Below, piece by piece: positions 25,362 through 35,941 of a DNA stretch of 64,000 nt. A model generated the notes under the pieces. That model was not told the DNA's origin, searched no databases, and saw nothing but the letters and a program-made list of their open reading frames with translations. A program made the position numbers and the translations under genes. Position 1 is the stretch's first letter; every line of letters starts with the position of its first letter. The DNA is from a virus, in IMG/VR virus record IMGVR_UViG_3300025137_000020, positions 1 to 64,000 of that record; one strand, written 5' to 3'.

Positions 25362-26756
25362 TTAAAATGCTTCGCTATTTAATTTAGCGGTAGCATTGAC
25401 ATACCGACTCATTAGAGGTGAAAGTCCATCACTTTCTTCTTTCACTTCTTCTACCATGACTTCGGTTTTTGTATTTTTGTTTTCAGATTTTACGGTTTCT
25501 GCAACTGTACTTTTCTTCGAGAAATAAGATTCACGAACGATTTTAGCTTTCTTGGAGAACGCCTCGGCCGATTCAAATACGATATCTTTAGTAAGTTCTT
25601 TGAACTTAGCAACATCAGTATCGGCTAGACCTTCAGATAGTTCAGTGACAAGAGAAGCTTTCTTCAAAACAATTACTTCTTCAGCAAGTGCATTGATTGT
25701 TTCTTCTTTTGATTCAACATCTTCGGTTAGTTCTGCATTTTGTTGAGCTACTTCGTCGAACATATCTGTCTTACCTTCTGGCATTTCGATATAATGTTCG
25801 ATGAATGTGGATTTAAGAGAAGACATAAAGCCTTCTGCAATATCCGAGCGAAGAGTATTAGTAACAGCAACTTCGTTCTTCTCAATCCATTGTTCAGCTA
25901 CATAAGTTAAGTAGCTGTCAATCTTATCGATAAGACCTTCATGAAGTTCATTAACTTCTTCAGATACATAATCAGCATAAGATTCTTCGATCGATTGTAC
26001 GTGTTCTCTGACCTTTGAGGTTACAGCAGCTTCAAAAATAGTCGAGGCTTTAGTCTTGAATTCTTCAGTTAAAGAATCGTCTTCAGCACAGAGTGCGTCT
26101 AAGTCTTCTTTCATTGAACCATAACTAGCTTCGATTTTTTTCATTGCATGAGCTGTAGCTGCAGCGGTGATTGTTTTAGAGATTTGGTTAATAGCAGAAT
26201 CAACATCATCGCTCGGCTCTTCTGAACCTTCGATTCCGTCGTCTTCTTCTGACTCCTCTACCTCTTCTATATCGTCGTCGCCATCGTCGTCTTCGTCTTC
26301 ATCGCCATCGTCGTCACCGACAACTTCGTCTTCAACTTCGTCTTCCATGTCGTCTTCTGCATCATCTGCTTCAACTTCTACTTCATCAGTATCAACTTCG
26401 TCTTCGTCTTCGTCTTCTTGCTCTTCTTCGCCATCTTCGTCTTCTGCAACTTCATCTTCAGATACTTCGGCAGAACCTTCGATTCCGTCTTCTTCTTCAG
26501 TTTCAGTTACGTCTTCTTCTTCTTTCTCAGTTTCAGTGTCATCACCTTCTTCTGAGTCTTCAGCACCTTGATCTTCATCTTCGCCCCATACTTTAAAGAC
26601 TGCAGCCTCTTCAACAGCTTCTTCAGTAGTTTCTTCAACCACTGTTTCTGCTGCTTTGGATTCTACCTCTTCATTCTCTAGGAGTTCGGACTCAAGGCCA
26701 CCGATACCAGAAATGGTTTCTAGTATTGATTTTTGTTCTTTTTGATTTTTGGCCAT
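25362..26756 (-). CDS. gp22: Prohead core scaffold protein with long acidic N-terminal region
   Basis: LTEEFKTKASTIFEAAV, IDSYLTYVAEQWIEKNEVAV, FIEHYIEMPEGK, MSRYV; between gp21 and gp23. Confidence 0.93.
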   Translation of the reverse strand: MAKNQKEQKSILETISGIGGLESELLENEEVESKAAETVVEETTEEAVEEAAVFKVWGEDEDQGAEDSEEGDDTETEKEEEDVTETEEEDGIEGSAEVSEDEVAEDEDGEEEQEDEDEDEVDTDEVEVEADDAEDDMEDEVEDEVVGDDDGDEDEDDDGDDDIEEVEESEEDDGIEGSEEPSDDVDSAINQISKTITAAATAHAMKKIEASYGSMKEDLDALCAEDDSLTEEFKTKASTIFEAAVTSKVREHVQSIEESYADYVSEEVNELHEGLIDKIDSYLTYVAEQWIEKNEVAVTNTLRSDIAEGFMSSLKSTFIEHYIEMPEGKTDMFDEVAQQNAELTEDVESKEETINALAEEVIVLKKASLVTELSEGLADTDVAKFKELTKDIVFESAEAFSKKAKIVRESYFSKKSTVAETVKSENKNTKTEVMVEEVKEESDGLSPLMSRYVNATAKLNSEAF

Positions 26757-26775
26757 AATTATTTTTCCTATATTT

Positions 26776-27417
26776 TTAGAGTTTGGAGAGGAAATCCTTA
26801 AACACCTGTTCTTGTACAGAAGCTAGTTCTGCGGAAGAGGCTTTACGAATTTCAGTCTCATATTTTTCAAGTTGCTGAGCTTTCAATATTCCATTATCCC
26901 ATATCCACTCTACGCCTTCCATAATGCCATCTACGAAAGCACCTTGGGCTGAGGGGTCTTGGACAATGTCTACTGTAGAGAGTATGTAGTCACTATTGAC
27001 ATACGTAGCTCCCTGTTTATTCTCAACTGTTCCCATACCACGGCTAGAGACGCCAAGCTTAACTCCACCTTCAATAAGACCTTCAACGATCTTACCCATA
27101 GGGGTGTTAAGAATTTGCGCCTTTCCAACAACATCATCACCATTAAATTTTAATTCGGTGATTTTGTGTGAAACTTTATCGAGGTTAATTTGTGGACCTT
27201 CTGGGTGGTCTAACTCTCCCACCGCACGTCCTTGACTAACCTGTTCGGTGACGTATTTTTCAACGGCATCGAATAAAATGTCTTTAGGATAGACTCGGCC
27301 ATTTCTATTTTTCTTTGCAGCCTGCATAAAGATACCTTCAATGAAAGTATGTTTTTTGCCATCCTTTTCTTCTGTAAGATAATTTAAATTATCGTAATGT
27401 TCTGTTATTAATCTCAT
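26776..27417 (-). CDS. gp21: Prohead protease
   Basis: IEGIFMQA..KNRNGRVYP, GELDHP, GVSSRGMG, DIVQDPSA. Confidence 0.98.
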   Translation of the reverse strand: MRLITEHYDNLNYLTEEKDGKKHTFIEGIFMQAAKKNRNGRVYPKDILFDAVEKYVTEQVSQGRAVGELDHPEGPQINLDKVSHKITELKFNGDDVVGKAQILNTPMGKIVEGLIEGGVKLGVSSRGMGTVENKQGATYVNSDYILSTVDIVQDPSAQGAFVDGIMEGVEWIWDNGILKAQQLEKYETEIRKASSAELASVQEQVFKDFLSKL

Positions 27418-27575
27418 CGTTCTTGTGCTTGATTAAAAATGTTAGCCGATACCGCTACTCTTTTAACACTAAGCGCTTCGCTCTTTTTAGAGTTCAATGC
27501 TTTTTCAAAAGACTTAGTAGCGCCTTCGGTGTCGCCCTTATACAAAGAGCCCAATAAATTATTTATTTCTTTCAT
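27414..27575 (-). CDS. Small prohead core protein (gp67-like)
   Basis: Position between gp20 and gp21; motif A...FEKAL..K..EAL...R..V...IF. ATG 27575 preferred; late promoter at 27601-27608. Confidence 0.65.
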   Translation of the reverse strand: MKEINNLLGSLYKGDTEGATKSFEKALNSKKSEALSVKRVAVSANIFNQAQER

Positions 27576-27647
27576 GTTTTTACTTTTTTCAGTATACATA
27601 TATTTATACGTTTAGTGATTTCAACCGTGTGTATTTAGTTGTGTCTT

Positions 27648-29279
27648 TTATTTTAGAATATCTGATTCTAATGAGCCTGATTCACTACCAAGCTCATTTT
27701 CTAATTCGCCGCGAACAGCTTCAGTGTCAGAAATCAGATCATCAATCGCCTCATCGCCTTGGCCTTCGTCTTCTGCTTTTTCATCGGCAATTTGTTTATC
27801 GATCATGTCAATCTCTTGATCATCCTGTCCTAAGATTTTCTTACGAGCCCATTCTTTTGAATAATATCCTTGCTCAACAAGAGACTCAGCCTGTGACATC
27901 ATATCAAATCTATCTCGCATAATTTCAAACTCTTTTAGTTCAGCAAAATAGTTATCTTTTAAGAAGTCAACATAAATACTTTCCGAAATACCTTGCCAGT
28001 CATCTTCATTAATAACTCCCTTTAGAATCAGTTGTGTTCTTAGAGCATCAATTAATAAGCTAGAGAATCTTTTTCTAAGCCTCTGGATAAACTTATTAAA
28101 TTTAACCTCTTCTCTATTGATTTCTGTAGCTCTTCCTACCTGAAAACCGCTTTCAGCATCAAGGCGACTTAATGGTACATTCAATGACTTGTATAGTTTC
28201 TTTTGGAAAAACAAAATATCATCAATTTGGCCAAGGTTTTCGCCGCCAGGCAATGTTGTAATTTCTGTGCCTCTACCACCTTCTCGTCTTGGCAAGAAGA
28301 AATCTTCAAGCATTGATTTATGACGTCTGTCATCTCTAACCTCACCAGATGACGCATCATACACAATTTTATTACGATACTGAGACATCATGTTTCTTAC
28401 ATACTCTTCAGCTTTACCCTTTGGCAAATTGCCAACATCAATATAAAAGATTCTCCGTTCAGGCGCTCTTGATATACGATATATAACCAACGCGTCTTCA
28501 AGCATTCTAAGCTGATTAATAATCTTAATTGACTTATGAAGGTGTGACAGTACTTTAGACCGAGAAGAATCCATTAAACCACTGGTCTGGTATAATATAG
28601 CTTCTGGTGCAACCTTAATTCCACTAATAGTATCAGCTGAAGCTGAAGACGATATGTGATTAGTAGTAGCGTCTTCGCTGTATACAAAGTATTCTTCAGC
28701 ATTTTCTTCAACCGTTACTCCAGTTAGCTTATCGACTTCTTTTTTGACTTCTCTGACTTTCCGCATATTAACGGGGTCGACATATCGCAAATCCTTTATA
28801 CCTTCTTTAGGGTTGTTACTATCGATTACAATATGAAAATAAATTCTTCCATCGACATACCATTTTCTAAAATAGTCAGAGCCAAATTCTTGTATTTTAA
28901 ATAAATTACAAACCGTGTCAAATTCATTTAAAATCTTTCTTTTGAGCTCTTCTTCAAATTCTAAGTCATCTAAATTAAGCGACATTGGTGTTCCAACATT
29001 ACTCGCGGTTATAGCTTCATTAATAATATCGTCGATAGCATTATCCGTTTCTGGCTGTTCTGCTGCAGCGCGATATTTAAAAATCATCTCACGGTCAGTA
29101 TTGCCACCGTCCATTCCATCAATATCATAATATTGTCCGAAATATCCACCTGCGGATACTGTAGTTACGCCTTCGTCTGACACCGGAGGTACAAAAGACT
29201 TTATATTAGACTCCTGCTCTTCAGTCTCGTCTTCACCACGATTGATACGTCTTTTTATTTCAAATCCGAATAATTCCAT
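27648..29279 (-). CDS. gp20: Portal vertex protein
   Basis: WYVDGRIYFH, NQLRMLEDALVIYRISRAPERRIFYIDVGNLPKGKAEEY, LPRREGGRGTEITTLPGG. Confidence 0.99.
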   Translation of the reverse strand: MELFGFEIKRRINRGEDETEEQESNIKSFVPPVSDEGVTTVSAGGYFGQYYDIDGMDGGNTDREMIFKYRAAAEQPETDNAIDDIINEAITASNVGTPMSLNLDDLEFEEELKRKILNEFDTVCNLFKIQEFGSDYFRKWYVDGRIYFHIVIDSNNPKEGIKDLRYVDPVNMRKVREVKKEVDKLTGVTVEENAEEYFVYSEDATTNHISSSASADTISGIKVAPEAILYQTSGLMDSSRSKVLSHLHKSIKIINQLRMLEDALVIYRISRAPERRIFYIDVGNLPKGKAEEYVRNMMSQYRNKIVYDASSGEVRDDRRHKSMLEDFFLPRREGGRGTEITTLPGGENLGQIDDILFFQKKLYKSLNVPLSRLDAESGFQVGRATEINREEVKFNKFIQRLRKRFSSLLIDALRTQLILKGVINEDDWQGISESIYVDFLKDNYFAELKEFEIMRDRFDMMSQAESLVEQGYYSKEWARKKILGQDDQEIDMIDKQIADEKAEDEGQGDEAIDDLISDTEAVRGELENELGSESGSLESDILK

Positions 29280-29284
29280 AATAC

Positions 29285-29292
29285 TATTTATA
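29285..29292 (-). promoter_or_regulatory. T4-type late promoter (gp20)
   Basis: TATAAATA 5 nt before ATG 29279. Confidence 0.8.
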
Positions 29293-29317
29293 TGTTTTAC
29301 TCGCTCAAGTACACAAG

Positions 29318-29347
29318 AAAAAACTCCTCTTTTTCAAGAGGAGTTTT
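29318..29347 (-). terminator. Rho-independent terminator after gp19 (possibly bidirectional)
   Basis: AAAACTCCTCTT-loop-AAGAGGAGTTTT inverted repeat flanked by A/T runs. Confidence 0.8.
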
Positions 29348-29369
29348 GTAACTTAACTTCTTAACTTAA

Positions 29370-29897
29370 TTAAGAGGTTGTATTAGATTCCCAGTACTGA
29401 TAGTTGATTTCAACTGTGAATTCTTCGATCTGGTCGTTTGTATCATAGCTCAATTCAATTTGAGAAACGTTGGTTGGAAAAGCACCGCGAATTTTATATT
29501 CTTTCGTTACTGATCCATCTTTACCTAGTTGCTCAACAATCATGTCAGCTTGATAGTCGGTTGGATTTTGAAGGCCCGTGTTATTCACGTGCTCATTGAT
29601 TCCGTTCATCCAAGTTTCAAACGCGTTGCGAACCTTCATTTCACTATCGTTAATGATAGTAATAGTCCAAGGTTCGAATGTCCTATCACCAGCAATCTTC
29701 AACTGACGACCACGGAATGGTACGTCAATATTCGCGATTGTAGATGAAGGCAATCCAGCGCCTTTAACCATAAATGAGGTGAACTCACTGTCTCCACCAG
29801 CATAAGCAGGGAAGTTAATTGTAGCTTTGAACAGATTTGGGCGTGCACCCCCACCTGTCAATTTTGCTTTGAAGTCGTCTACTCCTAAAATAGCCAT
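29370..29897 (-). CDS. gp19: Tail tube protein
   Basis: GGARPNLF, VPFRGRQLKIAGDRTFEPWTITIIND, IEEFTVE..YQYW. Confidence 0.98.
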   Translation of the reverse strand: MAILGVDDFKAKLTGGGARPNLFKATINFPAYAGGDSEFTSFMVKGAGLPSSTIANIDVPFRGRQLKIAGDRTFEPWTITIINDSEMKVRNAFETWMNGINEHVNNTGLQNPTDYQADMIVEQLGKDGSVTKEYKIRGAFPTNVSQIELSYDTNDQIEEFTVEINYQYWESNTTS

Positions 29898-29917
29898 TGT
29901 ATTTTTCCTTTCTTATG

Positions 29918-31810
29918 TTAGCCGCCTACTACTTCAGAGAACTCGACTCCTGTACGTGTTGCCACGAAGTTGAGCGTAATGAAGTTGATAGAACGTGCGG
30001 GTTTAATATAAATATCTGCAACGAAACGATTGGTATCAATCACCTGTCCAGTGTTATTTGTTTCATCACAGACGACTAAAAAGTCTGTAACTCCACGTCG
30101 ACCTTTAACATCTCTCAAGAATGGTTCCACTAGATTGCGGAATTGAGCGCGAGTAAACTCGTCATTCAATTCGAATAGTGAGAACTTAGATGCAGTAGAA
30201 ATCGCTTTTTCGAGAACGATAAACAATCTACGAACATTAATTCTGTCGAATGCTGAAGCTTTGACTTGACCAGTCTTGTCTCCAAATAGTAAGATGCCAT
30301 TACCAGGGAAAGAACAAATCGGATTGACTTGAGCTTTATAGAGGCCATCTCTTGAACTTTGATTTGGATTAAATGCTAACTTAGTAACGCCTAATAGATT
30401 ACCACGATTATATCCTGCTGGTGAGAACCAAGGGTCATTTGTACCATCTGTCCTCGCACAAAGTCCGGCCATGTGACCAGAAGCTGCGATATATTCATAA
30501 TTATCGGCGTATTTATTATAGACATATATTGGAGAACTATCCATAAATGCATAGCTATTCATATTTGTCAACGCAGTTCGTTTTGCCAATACTCGTTTCA
30601 GTTTGTCTGCTTCTGTAGTTGCATTTTCAACTGCATCTGCATCGGCTGCTGTAGATGCATCTCCTACACCAACATTTGGTGAGACGAAAGCAACACAATC
30701 TTTACGAGTTGATGCACATTGAATAAGGTCATTGTCAATCGTGATTTGAGAATCGCCATCGACTAGTCCTGCACCTGCCATCAATAGATTTACATCTACA
30801 GTATCTGCATCTTCGAATAAATCAATAGCAGCTAGATATCCAGAGCTAGATACATCGCCGTCTTGACCATTTGACAAACGGTCTACATAAAGACCATCTG
30901 CAAAGTAACCCGAATCGTCTGTACCTAAATCAGATGTAGTGTCTGTATCTGCATTACCATCAATTGCTGCTGTAGCATTACCAATAGTTCCATCAGCTCC
31001 AGTGAATAGTCCATCGGTAGCGTCACCGATTTTATTAACAAACACATATTGTGAACTTTGATTGATTACATCATAATAGTAATTCGAGCTACCGTCAGCT
31101 TCTTTAGAGTCTGATAGTAGAGAAAGACTTTGATATTTCTCAACAACGTTATTAGGTGTGCCTGTTACTAAACCATCCTCATCAATGATAAGAACATGAA
31201 TTTCATCTGCCAGCGGGGTAGATGTTCCACTAATATCTTTAGTATTGAGTGAACCTGCAGCTGCATCGAAGTTTGCTTGAACTGTAGCTAAATCCAAATT
31301 AATTGGAGTATCACTACCAGCGGTGTATGCATTAGTTCCGTGAGATATAATAACCTTCAATGAGTTACCATATTCGCCGGGACAACGCGAAACGAAAGTC
31401 ACGCCTTTATTGATTGCTGTTTGTTTGGCATAAAAATCTGTTAGATTTTTAATTTGCGTTTTATAATTGGCTTGAATCAGATCGCTTCCTCTGTTACCAG
31501 CTGTTGCTGATATCGTGTCGGATGACGCGACTGTGTCACCAGTGCTAAGGGGCGTTACTGCCCTAGAGACTTTTAAGGTATTCCCGTATTTTAAAAAACC
31601 AGCAGCTTGTAAGAAAGACTTACTTACTGTGGCATCGGGTTTACCGAAAACCTCTGATAGGTCGTTTTCGGAACTAATGTTAATTAGTTCATCAACTGGA
31701 CCCCATTTGAACTCTCCTGCAAATCCGCCGATCGATGTCGACAAAGCAGGAATTACGTTCGTTAAGTCGATTTCTTTTACCTCGACTCCGGGTGATACTA
31801 AGAATCCCAT
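29918..31810 (-). CDS. gp18: Tail sheath protein
   Basis: SPGVEVKEIDLT, PWFSPAGYNRG, FDRINVRRLF, IYIKPARSINFITLNFVATRTG. Confidence 0.99.
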   Translation of the reverse strand: MGFLVSPGVEVKEIDLTNVIPALSTSIGGFAGEFKWGPVDELINISSENDLSEVFGKPDATVSKSFLQAAGFLKYGNTLKVSRAVTPLSTGDTVASSDTISATAGNRGSDLIQANYKTQIKNLTDFYAKQTAINKGVTFVSRCPGEYGNSLKVIISHGTNAYTAGSDTPINLDLATVQANFDAAAGSLNTKDISGTSTPLADEIHVLIIDEDGLVTGTPNNVVEKYQSLSLLSDSKEADGSSNYYYDVINQSSQYVFVNKIGDATDGLFTGADGTIGNATAAIDGNADTDTTSDLGTDDSGYFADGLYVDRLSNGQDGDVSSSGYLAAIDLFEDADTVDVNLLMAGAGLVDGDSQITIDNDLIQCASTRKDCVAFVSPNVGVGDASTAADADAVENATTEADKLKRVLAKRTALTNMNSYAFMDSSPIYVYNKYADNYEYIAASGHMAGLCARTDGTNDPWFSPAGYNRGNLLGVTKLAFNPNQSSRDGLYKAQVNPICSFPGNGILLFGDKTGQVKASAFDRINVRRLFIVLEKAISTASKFSLFELNDEFTRAQFRNLVEPFLRDVKGRRGVTDFLVVCDETNNTGQVIDTNRFVADIYIKPARSINFITLNFVATRTGVEFSEVVGG

Positions 31811-31875
31811 AATTGTTTCCTCTTGTTTTCAGTTAATTAATAAGTGTTATCATTGCAAGTTTATTTCAATATCTC

Positions 31876-31883
31876 TATTTATA
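31876..31883 (-). promoter_or_regulatory. T4-type late promoter (gp18)
   Basis: TATAAATA just downstream of the gp17 stop. Confidence 0.8.
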
Positions 31884-31886
31884 ATA

Positions 31887-33455
31887 CTACAAATCTCTCC
31901 AAGCACGCTGCTCATCAAGCATGTCGCTGTAATCATTGTTCGTGCTGGCATTATTGTAAAAACCAAAATCTAATAAATCATCTTCCATAGCTTCTCTATC
32001 TTTGTAAAGCATATCTTTTAGACTTATTTCATCAATATCTCCAAACGCTTCTGTAGATACAAACCAGCCAAACATAACTAGGTTCATCACCATATCATCG
32101 TGAGCGCCTTTGTCTGCTTCATAGCTCGAGCCTTTTGGTACAAATGTAGATAGCTCTAAAATAGTATTACTGTCAACCAATTCTAGCCCACCCTGTTCTA
32201 TCAAATCTTTCATATTAGAACACCCCATTCGTTTAATCTTTTTAGTCATGGTAACACCAATGCCACCTTTCTTAATAGCCGATTCAACAAAAGTGTTTTC
32301 GTATTCTAATTCGTAGTAAACTCCATTGCACACCACTTGTCCAGCGTCATTACTTTCAATTACTACAATGGCTTCGTTATAGTAATTAGCTGCGTGGACA
32401 ATAATGTCTGGAAATAACAAAGGTGAGATCATGTTATCTCTATACGCTGCCACCTGTTTAAATGGTCTTGACGACATATCAATTACAGTAAATGTAGAAT
32501 AGTCTTGGCCTCGCCCCTTTGAAACGTCTACCATCATTATATACTCATGCCCCTCTTGGGGTAATTCATATAACTTAACATCTCTAATAGTTTTAATTGG
32601 TTCTTTAGCTTTTAAGCCAAGAAGACAATCCGCTGTAATAAGTGTTGAAGAACTACCGACGAACTGATTTCCAAACTCTTGAATGAATTGAGTCTCTGAT
32701 GTATTTGATATCGTTTGCTTTTTCCATGCGTCATCTCTGCCAGGCACGTCCCACCAATCAACTCTGAAGTTAGCAAAATCATTTGCCTTTTGTACCGCAC
32801 CTTCCCATATCTTATAGAACATGTTGCCTACTCCATTTGGCGTAGATGTAATAATAACTTTGGTTTCTTTACCAGATGAAATTACGGGATAGGTCGAGGT
32901 ATAGAAAGTTGTGGCATTCTCAACGAAAGCAAACTCGTCAAGGAATAGTAAATTGACTGATTGACCACGAATAGAAGATGCAGATGTAGCCGACGCAATA
33001 ATCTTTGAGTTATTGGAGAACTCAAGTGAACCTTTATTCAATACTCTACAACCGGGCTGTAAAAAGAACGGAAGATTCTCAAGAGCTAACGTAACTCGAG
33101 ATAACATTTCTCTTGCAGTAGCTCCTTTATTAGCAAGTACTGCAATAGTTTTTTCGGGGTGAAAGATCGCATACCAAAGAATATAAACGACCGACGAAAT
33201 AGATTTACCAGACTGTCGACATGCAAGAACAACACTAAACCGGTTATCGTTGAAATGCTCAAACATTTTTTCTTGGTATGGATATAAGTCAAACGGAACT
33301 AGCCCCTTATCAAGATTGATAACTTTCACATACGTTTTTGCGAAGTGCACAGGGTCACGCATACACTTTTGGTATTCGGTGATTTCTTCTTTGGTGTAGT
33401 TATGAGTTACACCGTCTCTCTTAACCAGAGAGTTTCCATTATATCCGTCAGTCAT
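31887..33455 (-). CDS. gp17: Terminase large subunit
   Basis: LYPYQ, CRQSGKS, LFLDEFAF, ITSTPNG, DVSKGRGQDYS, HDDMVM. No intein or intron visible. Confidence 0.99.
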   Translation of the reverse strand: MTDGYNGNSLVKRDGVTHNYTKEEITEYQKCMRDPVHFAKTYVKVINLDKGLVPFDLYPYQEKMFEHFNDNRFSVVLACRQSGKSISSVVYILWYAIFHPEKTIAVLANKGATAREMLSRVTLALENLPFFLQPGCRVLNKGSLEFSNNSKIIASATSASSIRGQSVNLLFLDEFAFVENATTFYTSTYPVISSGKETKVIITSTPNGVGNMFYKIWEGAVQKANDFANFRVDWWDVPGRDDAWKKQTISNTSETQFIQEFGNQFVGSSSTLITADCLLGLKAKEPIKTIRDVKLYELPQEGHEYIMMVDVSKGRGQDYSTFTVIDMSSRPFKQVAAYRDNMISPLLFPDIIVHAANYYNEAIVVIESNDAGQVVCNGVYYELEYENTFVESAIKKGGIGVTMTKKIKRMGCSNMKDLIEQGGLELVDSNTILELSTFVPKGSSYEADKGAHDDMVMNLVMFGWFVSTEAFGDIDEISLKDMLYKDREAMEDDLLDFGFYNNASTNNDYSDMLDEQRAWRDL

Positions 33456-33852
33456 TATCTACCTTCTTCGCCAGCATTTTCTGAAGTTCAGAAGTCGAAC
33501 CGACAAAGAGGTTATTATTCGTGACGCCACTAGATTCAGTCGGTTCATTATTTAGTTTATCAAGTTCGTGTCTTTTCTTTTGTAAATCAATTAATTGTGT
33601 AGTTACATCAGCTGAGGTTTTAAACATTCCCGCAAGAACTTCAAAAGCTCTGGGATGCTCGGCTTCTACTGCAACCTGCATCATGTGGTCAAGAGCCTCG
33701 TCAGATTTGTCAAGTAGGCTTTTTAGATTATCTCTAGCTAAATTGTAATCTTCTTCTGCATCGTCAGTAAGATTAACTTCTTTTTGAATAGGAACTAGCG
33801 GTCTTGCGTTAGAAACCAATGCCTTATTTATTTTGTCAAGTTTATCACTCAT
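33448..33852 (-). CDS. gp16: Terminase small subunit
   Basis: DYNLARDNL, EHPRAFEV, NNLFVGSTSELQKML. Confidence 0.95.
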   Translation of the reverse strand: MSDKLDKINKALVSNARPLVPIQKEVNLTDDAEEDYNLARDNLKSLLDKSDEALDHMMQVAVEAEHPRAFEVLAGMFKTSADVTTQLIDLQKKRHELDKLNNEPTESSGVTNNNLFVGSTSELQKMLAKKVDND

Positions 33853-35941
33853 TTACTGTCATATTAAATACTGTTCTAGTTACTCCAGAGGTTAGTCCCG
33901 TAAGAACTTCTTCTTCAACAAACTTAGATTCTAACTCCTTTACCACTATTACGTTATTACTTGAAGATACAATAGTCGCTCGTCCTAACGTTGCATTTCC
34001 TGTTACGATTTCGCCTATTGTAAAATTTTGGTTGTCGGATGATGAAACGTTAAGAGTTTCGCCTCTTGAGCCAATTCTTATATTCCAGCCAGCTACAACT
34101 GGATTTACCGTGTCATTTACATTATCGGCAATCAACGTGCCATTTCTAAGTAATTGCCATTCATCACCACTGTATTGAATACTTACTGCAGCGTTTGGAC
34201 TATTACTTCCGCCAGACGGTGAATTCAAATCAAATTTTGGAAGGCCATTTACTTTACCATTTCTAATAAAATTACCGGATATAATCGTATCATTTACTGA
34301 ATCGATATCTATAACCAATGGGGTTGTAGGAGAATTAGCCGGGCTATCAATTTCTCCTAATTGCTCTGCTGGAATAGTGATTTGGTCAGTAACTAAATAA
34401 TCTACACCACCGTCAATAATTGTAATATTAGAAACCGAGCCAGTCTTGTCTAAATCAATGTCTAATGATAGACCACCACCGGTTCCGCCATCAACAGTTA
34501 TGCTACGAGTAAAGGTTGGATTATAATCTGCTATTGTATCAGCATTAGCAGAATCACCTGCAGTTACAGTAAATGTATTAACACCTCCTTGAGCCACACC
34601 CGTACCAGAAATACTAGCAGCGGTTATAACTCCACTATCGATTGTAGTAACTGTAACTGTTGCATCGTTAGCTGGACTTGCGCCACCTAAAGATGTACCA
34701 AGAACTGTAATTGTTTCGTTTTCAGCGAATGCAGTTCCGCCGTCACTTATAGCACTAATGCTATATACAGTGCCATCTTTTTGTATAGATAAATCAGCGT
34801 CTGTTCCACTAATACCACCATCCAAATCTGTAATATCATATACTATAGCTTCAGTAGAATCAATAGTATCTACATTTATCGTCAAACTTGTATTATGATA
34901 AGGCGAATCAGATATTGTTAATGTATCTGCTACAGTAAATTTGAGTCCCGCGAGTGAAGTTGCCACCGCAGTAGTTATTCCTGTTCTGCCGTCTATAGTA
35001 ACATCAAATGCAGCTCCTGTGCCAGTGCCGCCTGTCGCAGATAAAGATGAAATAGCAATATTAGTATTATCCGCAGCAATTCTATCTAAGTCAGTAGTAC
35101 CACTATTAATAGAAACACTATTAATATCGTTTAACGCAGCAATACCCGATAAAACTAAACTGTTAACTGCTAAATTCGCCGAGTGCTGGTTATCTGCATC
35201 AAACAATGAAGTAAACACGTCGATTGCACCCGATGGAGAATCTTGTGATACTTGTACAGTGCTTAATGTATTTGCTAACCCAACCGCCACCGATGTAAAA
35301 TCAGCAATTTCGGTTTCAACCTTTTTGATAATTGATACCCTTGAAGTATCGGGTGCGAATCTAATTCTTACAGTAAAGTCTAATGTATAAACTATGGTTC
35401 TTCTTGTTGCAACATCTGATTCATAATCATCTGTAAATGTAACGCTGTTTAGAATAAACGGGACGTCGGTAAGAGAGCCAGGTCCTTCAATGCCTTTAAT
35501 ACTTACTGTGTATTCTGGTGAAAATGTTGGAAGAATCTGCTCTACAATTTGTAACGCGTCCTCTTGGTTTCTAGCCATAATATTCAATTGCATACCCAGA
35601 GTATAAGGAACACTCTGATACATAGAATTTCTACTATTAGGCGAGTTAGAAATAGTATGTAGAGTCTTATTCAGTCTATTCAATTTTGTACTAGAGTCGT
35701 AATCAATAGAAGTAATTTCAAAAGACATTCTTGGCAACTTAATTGCTACCCGCTGCTGCTCTAGGTTCTCTTTCATTCTATCCAAGAATTTATTTCGAGG
35801 CCCATAAGATATAGGAACCCTTTGGATATTAGATATAGTATTTCCACTGTGTCGACCGACAACAATGTTATTAAAGATTGTACCAAATACTGATACAATT
35901 CTTTTTATTGTAGCGTGATAAAAATGTACTCCGTTAAGCAT
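33845..35941 (-). CDS. gp15: Tail sheath stabilizer/terminator with ~460-aa C-terminal beta-repeat extension
   Basis: N-terminal FYHATI...FGTIFNNI, VPISYGPR.KFL, LPRMSFEI, DALQIVEQILPTF, DDYE....RR.IVYTLDF. ATG 35941. Confidence 0.9.
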   Translation of the reverse strand: MLNGVHFYHATIKRIVSVFGTIFNNIVVGRHSGNTISNIQRVPISYGPRNKFLDRMKENLEQQRVAIKLPRMSFEITSIDYDSSTKLNRLNKTLHTISNSPNSRNSMYQSVPYTLGMQLNIMARNQEDALQIVEQILPTFSPEYTVSIKGIEGPGSLTDVPFILNSVTFTDDYESDVATRRTIVYTLDFTVRIRFAPDTSRVSIIKKVETEIADFTSVAVGLANTLSTVQVSQDSPSGAIDVFTSLFDADNQHSANLAVNSLVLSGIAALNDINSVSINSGTTDLDRIAADNTNIAISSLSATGGTGTGAAFDVTIDGRTGITTAVATSLAGLKFTVADTLTISDSPYHNTSLTINVDTIDSTEAIVYDITDLDGGISGTDADLSIQKDGTVYSISAISDGGTAFAENETITVLGTSLGGASPANDATVTVTTIDSGVITAASISGTGVAQGGVNTFTVTAGDSANADTIADYNPTFTRSITVDGGTGGGLSLDIDLDKTGSVSNITIIDGGVDYLVTDQITIPAEQLGEIDSPANSPTTPLVIDIDSVNDTIISGNFIRNGKVNGLPKFDLNSPSGGSNSPNAAVSIQYSGDEWQLLRNGTLIADNVNDTVNPVVAGWNIRIGSRGETLNVSSSDNQNFTIGEIVTGNATLGRATIVSSSNNVIVVKELESKFVEEEVLTGLTSGVTRTVFNMTVNE

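Noticed and set aside
26200-26600. TCTTC/TCGTC-rich periodic sequence resembling a tandem repeat or CRISPR
   Set aside because: It is the codon pattern of the poly-acidic gp22 tract; there is no fixed repeat-spacer structure.
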